In this document: piece after piece, positions 48,436 through 61,295 of the stretch
How the letters are laid out: each line of letters opens with the position of its first letter
Numbering within the stretch: the stretch's first letter is position 1
Translations under genes and position numbers: made by a program
From: Marsupella aquatica
Taxonomy: Eukaryota; Plantae; Marchantiophyta
Reading direction: 5' to 3'
Length of the DNA: 64,000 bases
NCBI GenBank assembly: GCA_973895155.1
Contig: OZ316896.1
Coordinates: 7,086,232-7,150,231 of the forward strand
The notes under the pieces: generated by a model
What the model was told of the DNA's origin: nothing
Databases searched by the model: none
Seen by the model: the letters and a program-made list of their open reading frames with translations, nothing else

Positions 48436-49949
48436 AGATCTGACTCATGTTAAGCCCCTTAGATAGAATAAATACATTTTAAATTTGGAGATAATTGTAT
48501 TAATATTATTTTATAATCTATATGGAGTTATGTCATTTTGTTCACACATATTCAAGGGCTTCTTTGTGCTGAAATGTTTTTATAAGTATGATCTCTATCC
48601 TACTATTCTTTGTGAATTAATAAATAATGATCTCTATTCTATTATTCTTTGTGAATCAATAAATGATATAATATGTATTATTTATTAATATAATACTAAT
48701 ATGATTTGGCCTATAAAGTGTACATTTAGAGACCAAAAAGTGTACATTTGGGGACATGAAAGTGTACATTTCAAGATTGATTTGTGAACAAAAGAAAATA
48801 CACTTTTAATGAATAGGCTGATGTTGGGACACTCGACCTCCGTATAGCAATGCAAACAACCCACATAGTGAGCACACATGCGGACTCTACAAATCCTATG
48901 AGTTCTATTGTAATTCCTTGTTGGAAACATGTATCACAGTGTCTATACAATCAGTCATAGGTCTTAGCCGCAATGAAAAGGCTTAGCCGTAGTCACAAGT
49001 CTTACCTGCAATGGATCACAGGTCCACAAACAAGCTCCAATCTGCTCCCTTCAGCTATGGTAGTTGAAACAATATCAATTGTTGCTCCTGCACGAGTAGC
49101 CTGCAGAACAGATGCAATCGCGTTAGGAGGTACAATGAATACTGCCATAGTTAAAGTCCTCCGTGCTTTTGGAAGTTTTGGGATGGAAAAGAGTGGTTCC
49201 AAATGCAAGTGCTTTGATCACTAGCCAGAAAAATCTATCCGCGAGCTGTCACCGCCGTTCCACAAAAACCATTCGCTTCCGCAGCCAACAATGGTAGGCA
49301 CTCAACTTGATGACCTATCGACAACTGAAGGACATCCCGACAATCCTCACGGCCTCCCGATGCTCGGTATGGGTGCAGCAAAAGGGAAAAGACCACAACT
49401 GTCACCAAGACTGTCATCCGTCACCTTCAAGAAACCCCAACCTCCGACTCCTCAAACTCCAACTAGCTCCTCACGAAGGTTTCAACAGCCACGCCCTTCT
49501 TCGCCCTACCAGCCAAAACCTAAATGTCCTTAAACAGATCGAGCAGGAGCTTCACAATGTAGACTGCAAGCCCAAGGAGCATCACCGCAACTGCCTGAAC
49601 TCTGCTCCTCGAGAGAAAAAAGAAGCACATTACGCGCGGGAAGGGAAGTGGGCAACACAAAAAAGGAAAACCCTACGTAAAACCCCAAACCTTGGACCCC
49701 TCACGTTCTAAGTTGATGGCAAACACTCCAAAGTCACTCCCAAAGTGAAGTTTAGTGCCACTTAAATACCAAATTTGGGGACTTAAGTCATAAAGGGGAG
49801 CCACTCAGCCTTACCGTTTGAGTGAGCCGTTGAGTGTCACCCAAAGTGGGACAAAGCTACAAAGTGTCACTGCATGGCCATCTTGGGTATGTAACTACAG
49901 ATTTTGGATGGTGGGGATGGACTCCATCCAATGGTGCTTTAGTGAAGCA

Positions 49950-50230
49950 TAAGCCCCTCACCCCCTGAAGTTGTAACCGGCCCCCACCCCCCCCCCCCCG
50001 CCCTTGATATTTAAACCCCCCTAAACCCCTTTTAGTGACCCCCCCCCACACCCTTGACATATAACCAGCACACACTTGAGATATAAACCCCCTTTACTGA
50101 CCCCCACCCCCTTGAGACCTAACCGGCCCACCCTTGACATATAAACCCTCATAAACCCCCTTTAGTGGTGACCCCCCACACCATAGATCTGCCCACCCAT
50201 AGATCCTAAACCCCCCTAAACCCACTATGG
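49950..50230. repeat. C-rich subterminal-type repeats (CCCTTGACATATAA / AAACCCCC..TAGTG)
   Basis: Repeated several times, seen directly. Confidence 0.6.
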
Positions 50231-50575
50231 AGTATATGAGACATTAGGGCATCTCATCGTGTACTGAGTTTGTAAGTGTTCAATATAGCGGGATGTTGGT
50301 AAAGAGGTCGCCAAATGAGTAGTGCAACCCCCCTATATGCCCATTATCAAATTAAAGCCCACAACACAATGCAAGTACAACCATCATGTGCTAGAGTGTG
50401 CACAATAGGTCACAAAGTAGGGTGGAAACTTTTCCTAGTCTTATCCTAAACCAAAAAGCACTCGCAGTCGTTTGTAGTGTTCATGTGAACCGGTGCAATG
50501 GTTCCGAGTCATTTAAAGTTGCAAAAAAGGACTTAGTGGCCTTAGTCCTATAAGGTTTGGTCTAAAATGCCCCGG

Positions 50576-50587
50576 TTTCTACTAGTG
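50576..50587. mobile_element. CACTA transposon right terminal inverted repeat
   Basis: TTTCTACTAGTG is the reverse complement of CACTAGTAGAAA. Copia RT sequence begins immediately after it, mid-domain. Confidence 0.7.
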
Positions 50588-52186
50588 TATTTACAAGGCA
50601 CACCTTGTGGCCAAAGGGTACACCTAGAAGGAAGGCTTTGACTACACAGAGATTTTCTCACCAATTGTCAAACTCGCTACTATTTGTGTTTTACTTGCAA
50701 TTGTGACATTCTATGATCTTGAGTTAAATTAGATGGATGTAATTATTGCTCTTTTGCATGGATTGCTTGATGTGGAGATTTGTATGACTCAGCCTCCAGG
50801 TTTTATTGACAAGAAGACCAGACACTTGGTATGTAAGCTCTTGCACTCGTTATACGGATTGAAGCTGAGTCCCAAAAATTGAATAAGTGTTTTGATTCTT
50901 TCATGTTGTCTCAGGGGTTCATGCAAAGTGAACATGATTGTTGTATTTACATGAAGGAGGTGGAGAACTACTCACACTTTGGTTACATTGTGGTGACATT
51001 GTACGTGGATGACATGTTGATCCTAGCTGAGAATAAGTTTGATATTGCCCATCTGAAAGCAATGTTGAGTAAGGAGTGTCAATGAAGGACTTGGGTCAGG
51101 CCAAAAAGATTCTAGGGATGGAGATTCATCATGACAAGGAGCAAAGGCAATTATGGTTGTCTTAGAGTCAGTATTTGGAGAAGGTACTTGCAAAGTGTGG
51201 AATGAAGAATGCAAAACCAGTTGGTACTCCATTGGTTTCACACTTCAAACTCTCAAAGAATGACTGCCCTTCTAGTGAGAGTGATATATTGGAGATGAAA
51301 TAGGTGGGTAGTTTGATGTATGCGATGACATGCACTAAACCTGACATTGCCCCTTGTTGTGAGCATTTTAAGTAGAGTTATGGCAAATCTTGGCAAGCTT
51401 CACTAGGAAGCAGTGAAGTGGGTTTTGCGGTATCTGAAAGGTAGGTCCTTAGATTATGGGATTCTATTTGACAATAAAGCAAACCCTACATTAGAGTTGG
51501 AAGGTTTTGTAGATTCAGATTATGCTGGTAACTTGGATAACAAGAAGTCTACTATAGGCTATGTGTTTACATTGGATGGAGGTTGTATCAGCTGGAAGTC
51601 GGCAACTCAATCCCGTGCTGCATTGTCTACTATTGAGGCTGAGTACATGGTTGCCTGTGAGGCAACCAAGGAGCTGATCTAGCTACGGAGGTTGGTGAGT
51701 GATCTGGGTCTTTCACAAGAAAGACCAATGCTATTGTGTGATAGTCAAAGTGCTTTGCATTTGGCTAAGAACCCTGTGTTCCATGGCAGGACAAAGCACA
51801 TTGATATTCGTTACCACTTCATCTATGAGGTGATTGAGACAAAGAAAATGTTTCCGGAGAAGGTGGCTTCAGAGGAGAACGTGATAGACATGCTTACCAA
51901 TGTTTTACTTACAAGTAGCTTTAGTCATTGTGTGGATATAATTAATTTTAGAGCCAAACCAGAGACTATGTAGATATGTTCTTTAGTTATATATTGTGAT
52001 TCACCTAAGCCATTGTGTGAATTGGAATAAAGGGTGGAGATTGTTAGGAATTGACGTTCAGTTCCCATCTTCTAGTTAGTTTGTCCTTACTAGGGTTAGT
52101 TGACCCTTGATTAGTCTAGGATAAGATCCACTTATTTAGGCTCTCACATCTTAGTCCCCCTTGGGAGGTATAGGTTGGAGGGAGAA

Positions 52187-52273
<87 letters not shown>

Positions 52274-52397
52274 CACATGTAGACTCATATGCTATGGATC
52301 CTTCAGGGTTTCTCCACTTGGAGTGTCTCATCGGTGTAGCATCTAATTGAGTCAGTGTCTCTCATGTTTTGCATTGCTGTCTAGTCCAGAGCTAACA
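50588..52397 (+). mobile_element. Ty1/Copia 3' portion: RT, RNase H, PPT, 3' LTR (52042-52397)
   Basis: [84 protein letters not shown]...CTAACA. Confidence 0.92.
52190..52267. repeat. (CT)n microsatellite inside the Copia LTR
   Basis: About 38 CT units. Confidence 0.95.
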
Positions 52398-55183
52398 GTT
52401 TCTTACACCTAGTGCAATGTATTGTTGTTTACTAGTCTTCCCATACTTAGTCCCCACCGGATGGCCGTTCCAAGGGCTTGAACCATAGAGGAGCTTGGCG
52501 TCAAAGTCAGCAACACTGGACCTGAGTGTTAAGGTAGTTGAGTTCCACAACTACATGGCATTAATGGGAGGAGGGGCAGATAAAGCATTGTGCATAGGTG
52601 CATCAAGAATATGGGAAAGATCTGGTGAAAGAGGGCAACCACAGGGGTGATTGCGAGGGGGGATAGTGGGGAGAAGAGTCTGGCAGAGCTAGGCGCTTGC
52701 CATGCACCAACATTCTGAATGCATACATGGAAGACCACAACCAGAGACAAGCAAAAGCGCATGAGAAAGCGACCAAAAGGCCAACCAAGGCATGTGAAAT
52801 GAAATGAAAGGCAATGGAAGAAGCCCACCACATCACTCCAAGAAATCACTGCCTCCAACTTGGGGTTGTAGATGATAAGAACAAAGCAAGAGCACATGTC
52901 AATGTGGCCGCCAAGTGGTAGAGTGAAGATCCTTCCACTAGTGGAGACCTAGCCGCTACAACTCCCAAAGATGCCGGAATGTAAAATGCATAGGCCTCCC
53001 AAAGCACGCAGAAACAAAGGGCCACCAAAACTGAAAAGAATACACAGGAACGCTCCAAAGTTGATCAAGGGAAATTGCCACCAAAAATTGATGAGGATAT
53101 CTAAATTGTAATCGGAGCAAAACGATGGTGATACTTCACCAAATGAACCGTGCTATGGATTAATGTTGCACTCCCGGACAAGAGCTGGCCAAATTACCTG
53201 AGAATGCCTTATTTTGTGAATGAATAAGTGAGATAGGACCCCAAAGTTAATAAAAAAAGAGTAAGGTTAAAATTGAAGAAAAAATCACAAAATCTAATCA
53301 AGGTGTAATTGTGGCAATATGAGACCGTTAGGACCACGCTTGGGATCAATCTGATTCTCCCTGAGAAGAGCTTTCCAAATCACTTGAGAAATCCGGAGTC
53401 CGTGGATTGACTAAGATATGACTGTCGGGATGAAGTCAAAAATCGCAGGAAAAAAACCAAAAAATGTCAAAAACAAATGTGACCATAAGTATGTAAATAT
53501 GGAACCGTTTGTGATGTGTTATATCAATTTGATGCGATTCGACAAGAACAATGTAATGCAATTGAGAAAAAGTGGATTTTGTGGAGAATTGAGTGCGGGA
53601 GGGTAATTGAATGAGGCAAAACTGTCACCAGGGTTTGAACACCATACCCAAGAGGAGCAAGAGGAGCAAGCTTTTGGGTTCAAATAATATAAACACGCCT
53701 TATTTTATTTAAAGTCAACATAAATGTTACTTCTCAAGATGAAATAAGACTTTTTTTTTAATTAGGATAAATTGAAATCTGCCTGTCATAGAATGGTGAA
53801 ACTTACTATGTCTGATGAAGCTTTGAGGCACCTTAGTAATATGTATGCTTACAAATACATAAAACTTTGGGACTCACTATGAATATATACACAATTTTTA
53901 CTTGGAGGTGAATGCTCTAAAACCCGACAGAGTCCGTCAATCCGAGCTCGTAAATCAAATTATTCGCTTGGTGGATAACTGGAACTGTGCAATATGGCCA
54001 CGACACCAGTCAAACCAAGAACAGCGCCCTCCAGCTGTCAGGTGGGAATTACTGTCCACGTACGGATCAGCACCATTGACGAAATCTTTTGCCCGATGAC
54101 ATCGAGGAACGAGGATCCATTGCGTAAATGAAACTCGAGTAAATAAGAAGCTACTCATTTTCTTGTGGTATATAAATTGTAGAAACCATACTAACAGACA
54201 CGAGTCATGTTTGAGGTTTGCAAGGACGGCCAACACAGTGGAAACACGTGACCGTGGCTCACTCAGCCAGACAAGGACCCAAATGGCGGAAAGATCTGTG
54301 CTAACCCAGTCCTGTGCTATGGGAGCGTACACCACTCCGGAAAGCGAATGGTCACACAACTACTTTCCTAACCGATAAAAATAATTGTGGCCAAGGCCTT
54401 CTCTCCTTCCCTTCTAGAATATTGGCTTATTCATTGTGATCAAGACTTGGCAATGACCATAGAACCAACAACTCTAGATTGTATGGTGTTCCGATCATTC
54501 GAACCATTTTGGTGCCAAACAGAGTTTCCACTAAGTCCGTTCGAGTCAGCAGGAAGGTCCAAAAGAAGAACACATATACAAGCGATACAGCCAGCGCCTT
54601 GAGAAGATGCTCCACAAATGAAGACACAAATGAAGTAGATTGCGACTATTATTTTCAATTTTGTGTAAAGTTCCGTTCGAAAAAATTATTTACAATTTCC
54701 GGCTGTGAATTGATATCGAGGTCTTCCGGGAGCAACTGGTCCTAAAAGGTTCTCCAAGAGGTTGCCTGGCTAGGGTCCACCATGACATAAAAGAACGGGT
54801 TCAGTCAAAGTACGCCGCAAAAGGAACTGAGAGGCAATCCAGACACCAGCAGGACATTACTTTTTCAGACTATATCGGTCTTGTGTATGTGCCACCATCG
54901 CAAACGACAAAGGTCTACCGTAGTGACCGGGAGAGATCAACCATGAACCTCTTGATTCGATACCCCAACCGTCAAAGCCGAAACAAGTACATTGGCCGGA
55001 ACATCAACTGCTCGCTCTGCCGCATCCAATCCATGGCTTAAACCAAGCGAGCGGTAACACGATATGATCCAAATGACGATACGATTCGTCACTTTCAATA
55101 CCACGTCCTCACACAAATTTGTTCACGGAGGACTTCCCGTGATCGAGCAAGATTCTGTACTCAGGACTAGTTTACGACTAGCT

Positions 55184-57709
55184 TCAGTAGTGTGAGCTCC
55201 CGCGGTAGCGATGAACACTGTAGGTGAGTGTCTGCCTGGGCCTATCGTAGGAAATTGAGCGAACTGCAGCTTTTGAACAAGGCAATTGTATCCTCTGCTG
55301 CACCTGGAGAGCGGCGCGTTGTGCTGTCCCTGCTTTGTTAAAACGGTTTCTGTAAGCCTGGTTGTTCGAAGACGGCTCGGCCACAGAGGGGCAGAAGCGC
55401 ACCACCTTCTTCGGCTTACCAGCTGCCTTTCCGCTTCCTGCGAGGAAAAATTAGGAAGTTGGAGCTAGAATGTTACCAAACACATGTAAGAAGATGCCGA
55501 TGAAAACAAGACACACTATACCCTCCGTCCGCGACTGGCGGTCGGCAAAGCGGACAAGTCATAACTGTAAGAAACCAGGAGATTTGACAAAAAAAATTGA
55601 AACAATCGAAAATTATCTTTCAAAACGACTCACTATTATTAGGCCAGCCTTAGCTCGAGTCTTGATCAGGTGGACGTCCTGATCATTCCCGCAACAGGAT
55701 GTCTGCCTTGTGCACGATCTGGATAACGCACATGCCACAACTAAGATGCTAGAGTTCCTGGTGTTGACCCAGAAGAGAACAACGATCGTATGCTAACGAA
55801 CAAAACCAGCCCGACGCACGTCGCTTCAGTTCGTTAGAGTGGCGTTCCTTCAAAGAAAAAATAGTGTAAGAATACATAGAATCGTGTCTTGATGCGAGAG
55901 TCCGTCCTTACGTCAGGTCGAAGGCCATGCAACCACAAACGGCATGACCAAAATTGAAATTCACATGGCACAACCACCTTCCAACACGGGATCGATCGAT
56001 AATTCTAATGTTTTCTGACTGTGAGACCATTCTGAAAGGCAAATGAACTGAGATTCTACCAAAGTATGAATCGAAGATGAACTGCAAGGATGCAAGGCTT
56101 CCGCCGGAGAGGCAAATGCTAGGAACTCTGCCATTCCTGGCGGAGTGGGCGAAAGTGTCCATGTAAGGAACTGACATTGATCCAGCTTGGTATGGCCCGC
56201 AATTAAGGGTTGTCCGAACGAAACGATGAATTGTCGAAAACACAATGGCTCCAGGTTTGAAATAATTCGATGAGGTCCTCCCCAGTCACACATGACTTCT
56301 AAGTTGGCGAATACGATAACTTTGAATGTGCCGAAGGACAAGTTCGAAACCCGTCCCTGGAGTATTTTTCTAGAAGACGAGCGGATCGGATCAAATTGAC
56401 CATCGCACAACGTCAGCCAACGACCGTGAGGTAGTTGGACATTCGCATGTCACCCCAGACACTAACTCAAGCTCAGAAATTCCACTCGTTGGCAGAACGT
56501 CATCGCTTTAGGAGCGTAAGTTGCTTTCGTTGAAAGAATGCGGTACCCGTTACAACTACTAATTTCCAGTACATTCAAATACTTCGCTGAAAGTCCTAAT
56601 GTTGACGAGCGGACAATTCAAAACTTGCAAACGGTGCAAAACTTCAATCCAATAGATGGAACTACTCATCTATTCCTGCTAACTGCCCGCCTCGATTGCG
56701 AGGTAATAGCCGAGACTAGATAGCCGAAAAATAGAACTACTCATCTATTCCTGCTAGCTGCCCGCCTCGATTGCGAAGTAATAGCCGAGACTAGATAGCG
56801 AAAAATGGCAACAGATTCGATAACGTAGCAAAGTTTCAGTACAGCAAATATTCGAGAGAAAAGCACAAGTCCACTAACGGAATACTAACCTGGACTTATA
56901 CGACATCCCACCAGGGAGTTCAATTTCTGGAACGAAGGAGACGACGCTGCGCTCGATAATGACGCCTCTCCAGTTACATCGTCTTCACTACAAGTATCCG
57001 TCAAGAGCCTTTCCTGTATTCTACAATTGTTTGATGAGGAAGACAGCAACACCGCCAAGTTGCTGTCGGAAGTCTCCTGTCTTCCATGGAACTCTGACGG
57101 GCAAACATTACGAGTCGACGTGACCACAATCGAAAAATTGGTCACATGTTCGCTTCGCTGCTGATGATCATCATTTCCGGTGTCCTGCGCCTCGTCCACT
57201 TCGCGATTCGCCAGCCTGTCCTTCAAAGTTTCCTCCGTATCTAGACTTTCATTCCCGCTATCAGGCGATACCAGGTCAGCCTTAGTAAGAGTGGCAGGAA
57301 GAGTCGGAGGCAGCCGCCGTACGGCTTTCCGAAGCCACTGCAGTTGGCGCCATTGAACTTGCTCTAGTCCACTATGATTTCCTTCAATCAGCTCCGCACA
57401 TTCTCCCGACTCCTTTACGACTGGCTGTTGCTTCTGAGGATTATCGCTGCCGCCATCGAGATACTCCAGTCTCCACGACCCCTTCCCTCTCTGAATGTTC
57501 ACGAAGGCCTTCTTCTTATTATACTCGTAAACGAGATACATCGTCGTCCCAGACACCGCCAACGCCACCACGAGCCCCAGGCTATGAGGGACAACAGCCA
57601 TCGTCAACCCAGCCACCATTTCCCTATCGACTGGTTTCTGTCTAACAATCAAATACTGCTCTTTCTCATCGTTGGAGTCTCGCACTTTCTCGATCGAAAC
57701 ACCGTGCAT
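55184..57709 (-). CDS. Plant uncharacterised protein with an N-terminal TM segment and a KKVRF..V.EPS.NN..YR motif
   Basis: Exon 1 57709(or a downstream ATG)-56890 and exon 2 55437-55184, GT-AG and in frame. SLGLVVALAVSGT, CRISP|GSG, KPKKVVRFCPSVAEPSSNNQAYR. Confidence 0.78.
56659..56806. repeat. 75-bp tandem duplication in an intron
   Basis: GAACTACTCATCTATTCCTGCTA... starts at 56659 and 56734. Confidence 0.9.
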
Positions 57710-59469
57710 CGGCCCTCCTCCTCACCCTGCTCATTTGTCTCGTTGCTCTCAATATATATAAATAATGCACCTTTCGAGCGTATTGGTCACGCATGTTCGA
57801 TCACTCCGAGTCCGCCGCAGCCACTCCTGCTCTGAGAGGTCCTCCACAACGTTCGGTACATTGGTTACTCCCGTAATAGATTGATTGGTCCAATCTATCT
57901 AACTACTGATTATTATCGAAGGTACATTGTAAAGGAGGAGTTGCTTCTCGACTCGTAGGTGAATAGTATGATGAAAACATGATTGCTCTGTATAGGAAGA
58001 CAAGAAAGGACCAAACTTCGCGGCAGGCTGTTTCTCGACTAGTACAACACTAGAATAGAAAGCGCGGGTGTCAGATTCATGATTTTGTTTGAAGATGCAA
58101 AGTGCTTCCCTCACTTTCCGGGACAAGACGCTCTGTCACCTCCGGGATTGGTTCCAGGCGGACCAGGCGGACCTGGCCCCTAATTCCAATGCCGTAGCCA
58201 CCGCGTGCCTACTACTGGATCACGGCTAGTAACGGGTCGCAGAGTCGCAGACACTCCCGATTCGCAAAAATAATAATGCTGAAGTCCACTTCGCGGCCGG
58301 AGCCAGATTAATTCCTATCATACAGAGTTGCGTCACTTTTTGAAGTGGTCGTCATTCAAAATTTATAATGTTTAGTGCCAAGTAAAATAAATCAAATATG
58401 CAAAGTTAAAAGAACAAATAAAAATTAAGCCACCACAAAACATGAAGGGAGCAAAATCTTTCTTGATATTACTAATCATTTTAGGGAGTACAAAATATAA
58501 TATTGTACTTGCAAATACACTCTTTATCTAATCACTCCCAGCCATTGTCTTATTTACAATGACCCTGCCCCAATGTACACCTCATGGGCATGCAATGCAA
58601 GGAGAGTATATACACCCAGTCCCCTTGTTACTCATATGAATGAAATCATTTTATAAAAATAAATATACATGGCAAAATTCAATATATATTTGGATGAGAT
58701 AACAAGGGGTTGGGGGCCAAACCACTCTTGGCTGGGGTGACAAGGTTAAGGAATACATATACAAAGGCGTAACCACATTTGACAACATCAAAAACTCTAA
58801 TAAGGTGTTGCACCTTTTTTTTGCCATGGTTGTCATTTGAATTTACAGGGCCATTTTGGGTGAAAGAAACCCGGGGTCCTCACTTCTTTTCTTCCGACCC
58901 ATCACGCGCGAATAAGTATAGGGTTTTTTTATTGGGTTTAATGAAATACTTTTAAATTTTTGTTGAAGAACATTAGTGTTATTTTAATCCAATTTTGAGA
59001 ATTATAAGAATCATAGGGTTTTTTAAAATCAAATATGGGAACATTCTTGGAATATTCTATTAAGTTAGGGGTTAAAAAATTCCTAAAAAAAACTTTATTG
59101 ACTTAACTTTTAGGGTGTTTATTCTCCCAAAACTTCGAGCGTGATATGGGACACCCCTTGGATTGAGGCCCCCGAGGAAAGAAATTCAATATGGAAAAAA
59201 ACCAAAGCAATAGTGACCAAAAATGGCCTCACACCAGCTCCTGAGGTCAACTGCCATCTGATTGCGGCGACAGCACCGAGCCAAGGCAAGTATAATGTTG
59301 TGCGGCCAGCCTCTACTACGAGTGGGGCAACCACCCTGCTGCCTTGCCCCGTGCGCCAACCGACGACTGCCACACTCTTGCGGTCAACTTCCCACCACCT
59401 TCCTTCCCGGACCCAATGACCCAGGCCGGCCCTGTCTCGCCCCACTCCCTCCCTTCTCCCCCGCCCGAC

Positions 59470-59800
59470 TCTTTTTAATAACATCGTTTTACTTGACATA
59501 TTTTTAACATCTTTTTACTTGACAACGTCTTTCACATACCAACTTCTTTGGTGACCCAACTTCTTTGTTTTAATGACATCTTTTTACTTGATGATATCGT
59601 TTACATAATGACTTCTTTGGCGACACAACTTCTGTTTTTAATGACATCTTTTACATAACAACATCATTGGCAACACATCCCCGGACACAACCTCTATTTT
59701 CTTAATGACATCTTGGCTACACGACATTTTTTTTCTCAACGACATCTTGGCCAATAGGATATCTTTTTTTCTCAACAACATCTTGGCCAACACGGCATCT
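59470..59800. repeat. Degenerate tandem repeat (AATGACATCTTT / CAACTTCT units)
   Basis: Seen directly. Confidence 0.55.
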
Positions 59801-60024
59801 TTTGTGCAACGCATGGGTATTGAGCTAGTCTACCATAATATGTTGGTTTCCAGTCCATGTTACCGTCTGTGAAAGAATCTGGAGGATCTCACCATTTGCA
59901 TAAAGTTGCTTGCTGACACAACCGTTTTCTGTAATTTTACTGCCTAATAACACCATAAGTTTGTTGTTTGACACAGTGAGTTTGCTTCCTGACACTGTAA
60001 TTTTTCATCTTTCCTGGAATGGAT

Positions 60025-61290
60025 TTTTTATAAATTTTAATACCGTGAAACCCCACGGATAGGGGGGAACAACAAAGGCCAATGCAGCCAGTACCAAACA
60101 ACACAACAAGGGCAGCACCCCGGGGCCAACACACCCCAGCAGCCCAACAAACCACCCACAGGGCAGACCACCGCAACATGAGCAGCCTACCCCAAGGAGC
60201 CCAAGAAAACCAATGAGCCACTATCAAGCACACTACCAAATCTAAAGACCTCCCACCACGCCACCACCAAAGCGAAGCCGACCAGCCCGAAACCAATCCT
60301 GACGATGAAAAGCAAGCCATTCACCAGCCCGGCTAACCCGGGCATGTCGCCTGCCAAGCAGAAAATGGCAGCCACAGCAAACAGGTGATCTGCAGTCTCA
60401 GTGAGCACCAAACCAAAATTGAATTTCCTACAACCACCGGCCTGGAACATATGATCATTGCGTGCCCGCCAAAGCATCCACAACATTTGATAAAGCACAA
60501 ACTGCTTCACAGAATGAGTAACTTCCTTCCCCAGGGAGTCATCCAACAGGGGCAACAGACCCACACCGCAAGGCACCCGAAGAGCCCCAAGCACATCCCT
60601 ATACATCTGCCAGCACCTGATAGCAAACCTGCATTGAACAAACAGATGTGGCATCGACTCCAGCAGCCCGCTGCAATACTTGCATTCGCCGTTACTAGCT
60701 TTAATTCTAAGAGCCCTCTCACCCGTGAACAGACCCCCAACAATCACCCTCCATATGAAGGTCTTGGCTCTGCAAGAGAGATCTGACCCCCACAGCCGAC
60801 TCCATCTCTCATTCCACTCCATCTCAGTCCCATTCGATGACCAGATACAGTTCAGACGCTCATAGAATGACACAGATGGTCTAAGAAACTCATACACCCT
60901 GCAATTGACAATACCAAAGTAATTTTTCATCTTTACACTGGCTTTCCGTAAGTTGCATCCTGACACAATATCTTTCAATTTTGAAATCTGCAGCCAGCGC
61001 ATGGAAGTAGGTGCCATCATTCAACACTATCTTTTTGCCTAAAAAAACCCAAGAATTTCCATTCAAAAAGTCAGCATACAGAAAGGCAGGGCCGAAAGGA
61101 CAACCACCCGGGGGGACCAAAGGTCTACGTGTCCGGACCGGTGAAGCCAGAACCAGGTAAGAAGCTGAGCCTAAAAAAAGGCAGCCAAACAAGAAATTTG
61201 GAAACTACTGCAGGAGCAACACACTCCCAAAGACCAGCCAGTGAACAGACCAACTAGGTCCTAAACAATGGGTCTGCAAAAGAAAACCTA
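60025..61290 (-). mobile_element. 5'-truncated L1 (zf-RVT region, 3' UTR, short A tail)
   Basis: WSRLW..RAKTFIWR..LFTGER..CKYC..ESMPHLFVQC..W..WMLWRARN in 60187-61020. The 5' boundary is approximate. Confidence 0.8.
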
Positions 61291-61295
61291 TTCGT

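Noticed and set aside
52161-52346. SLSLSL ORF
   Set aside because: Translation of the (CT)n microsatellite.
52400-55180. Many short ORFs downstream of the TM-protein gene
   Set aside because: No conserved motifs; consistent with UTR, intergenic or old repeat sequence.
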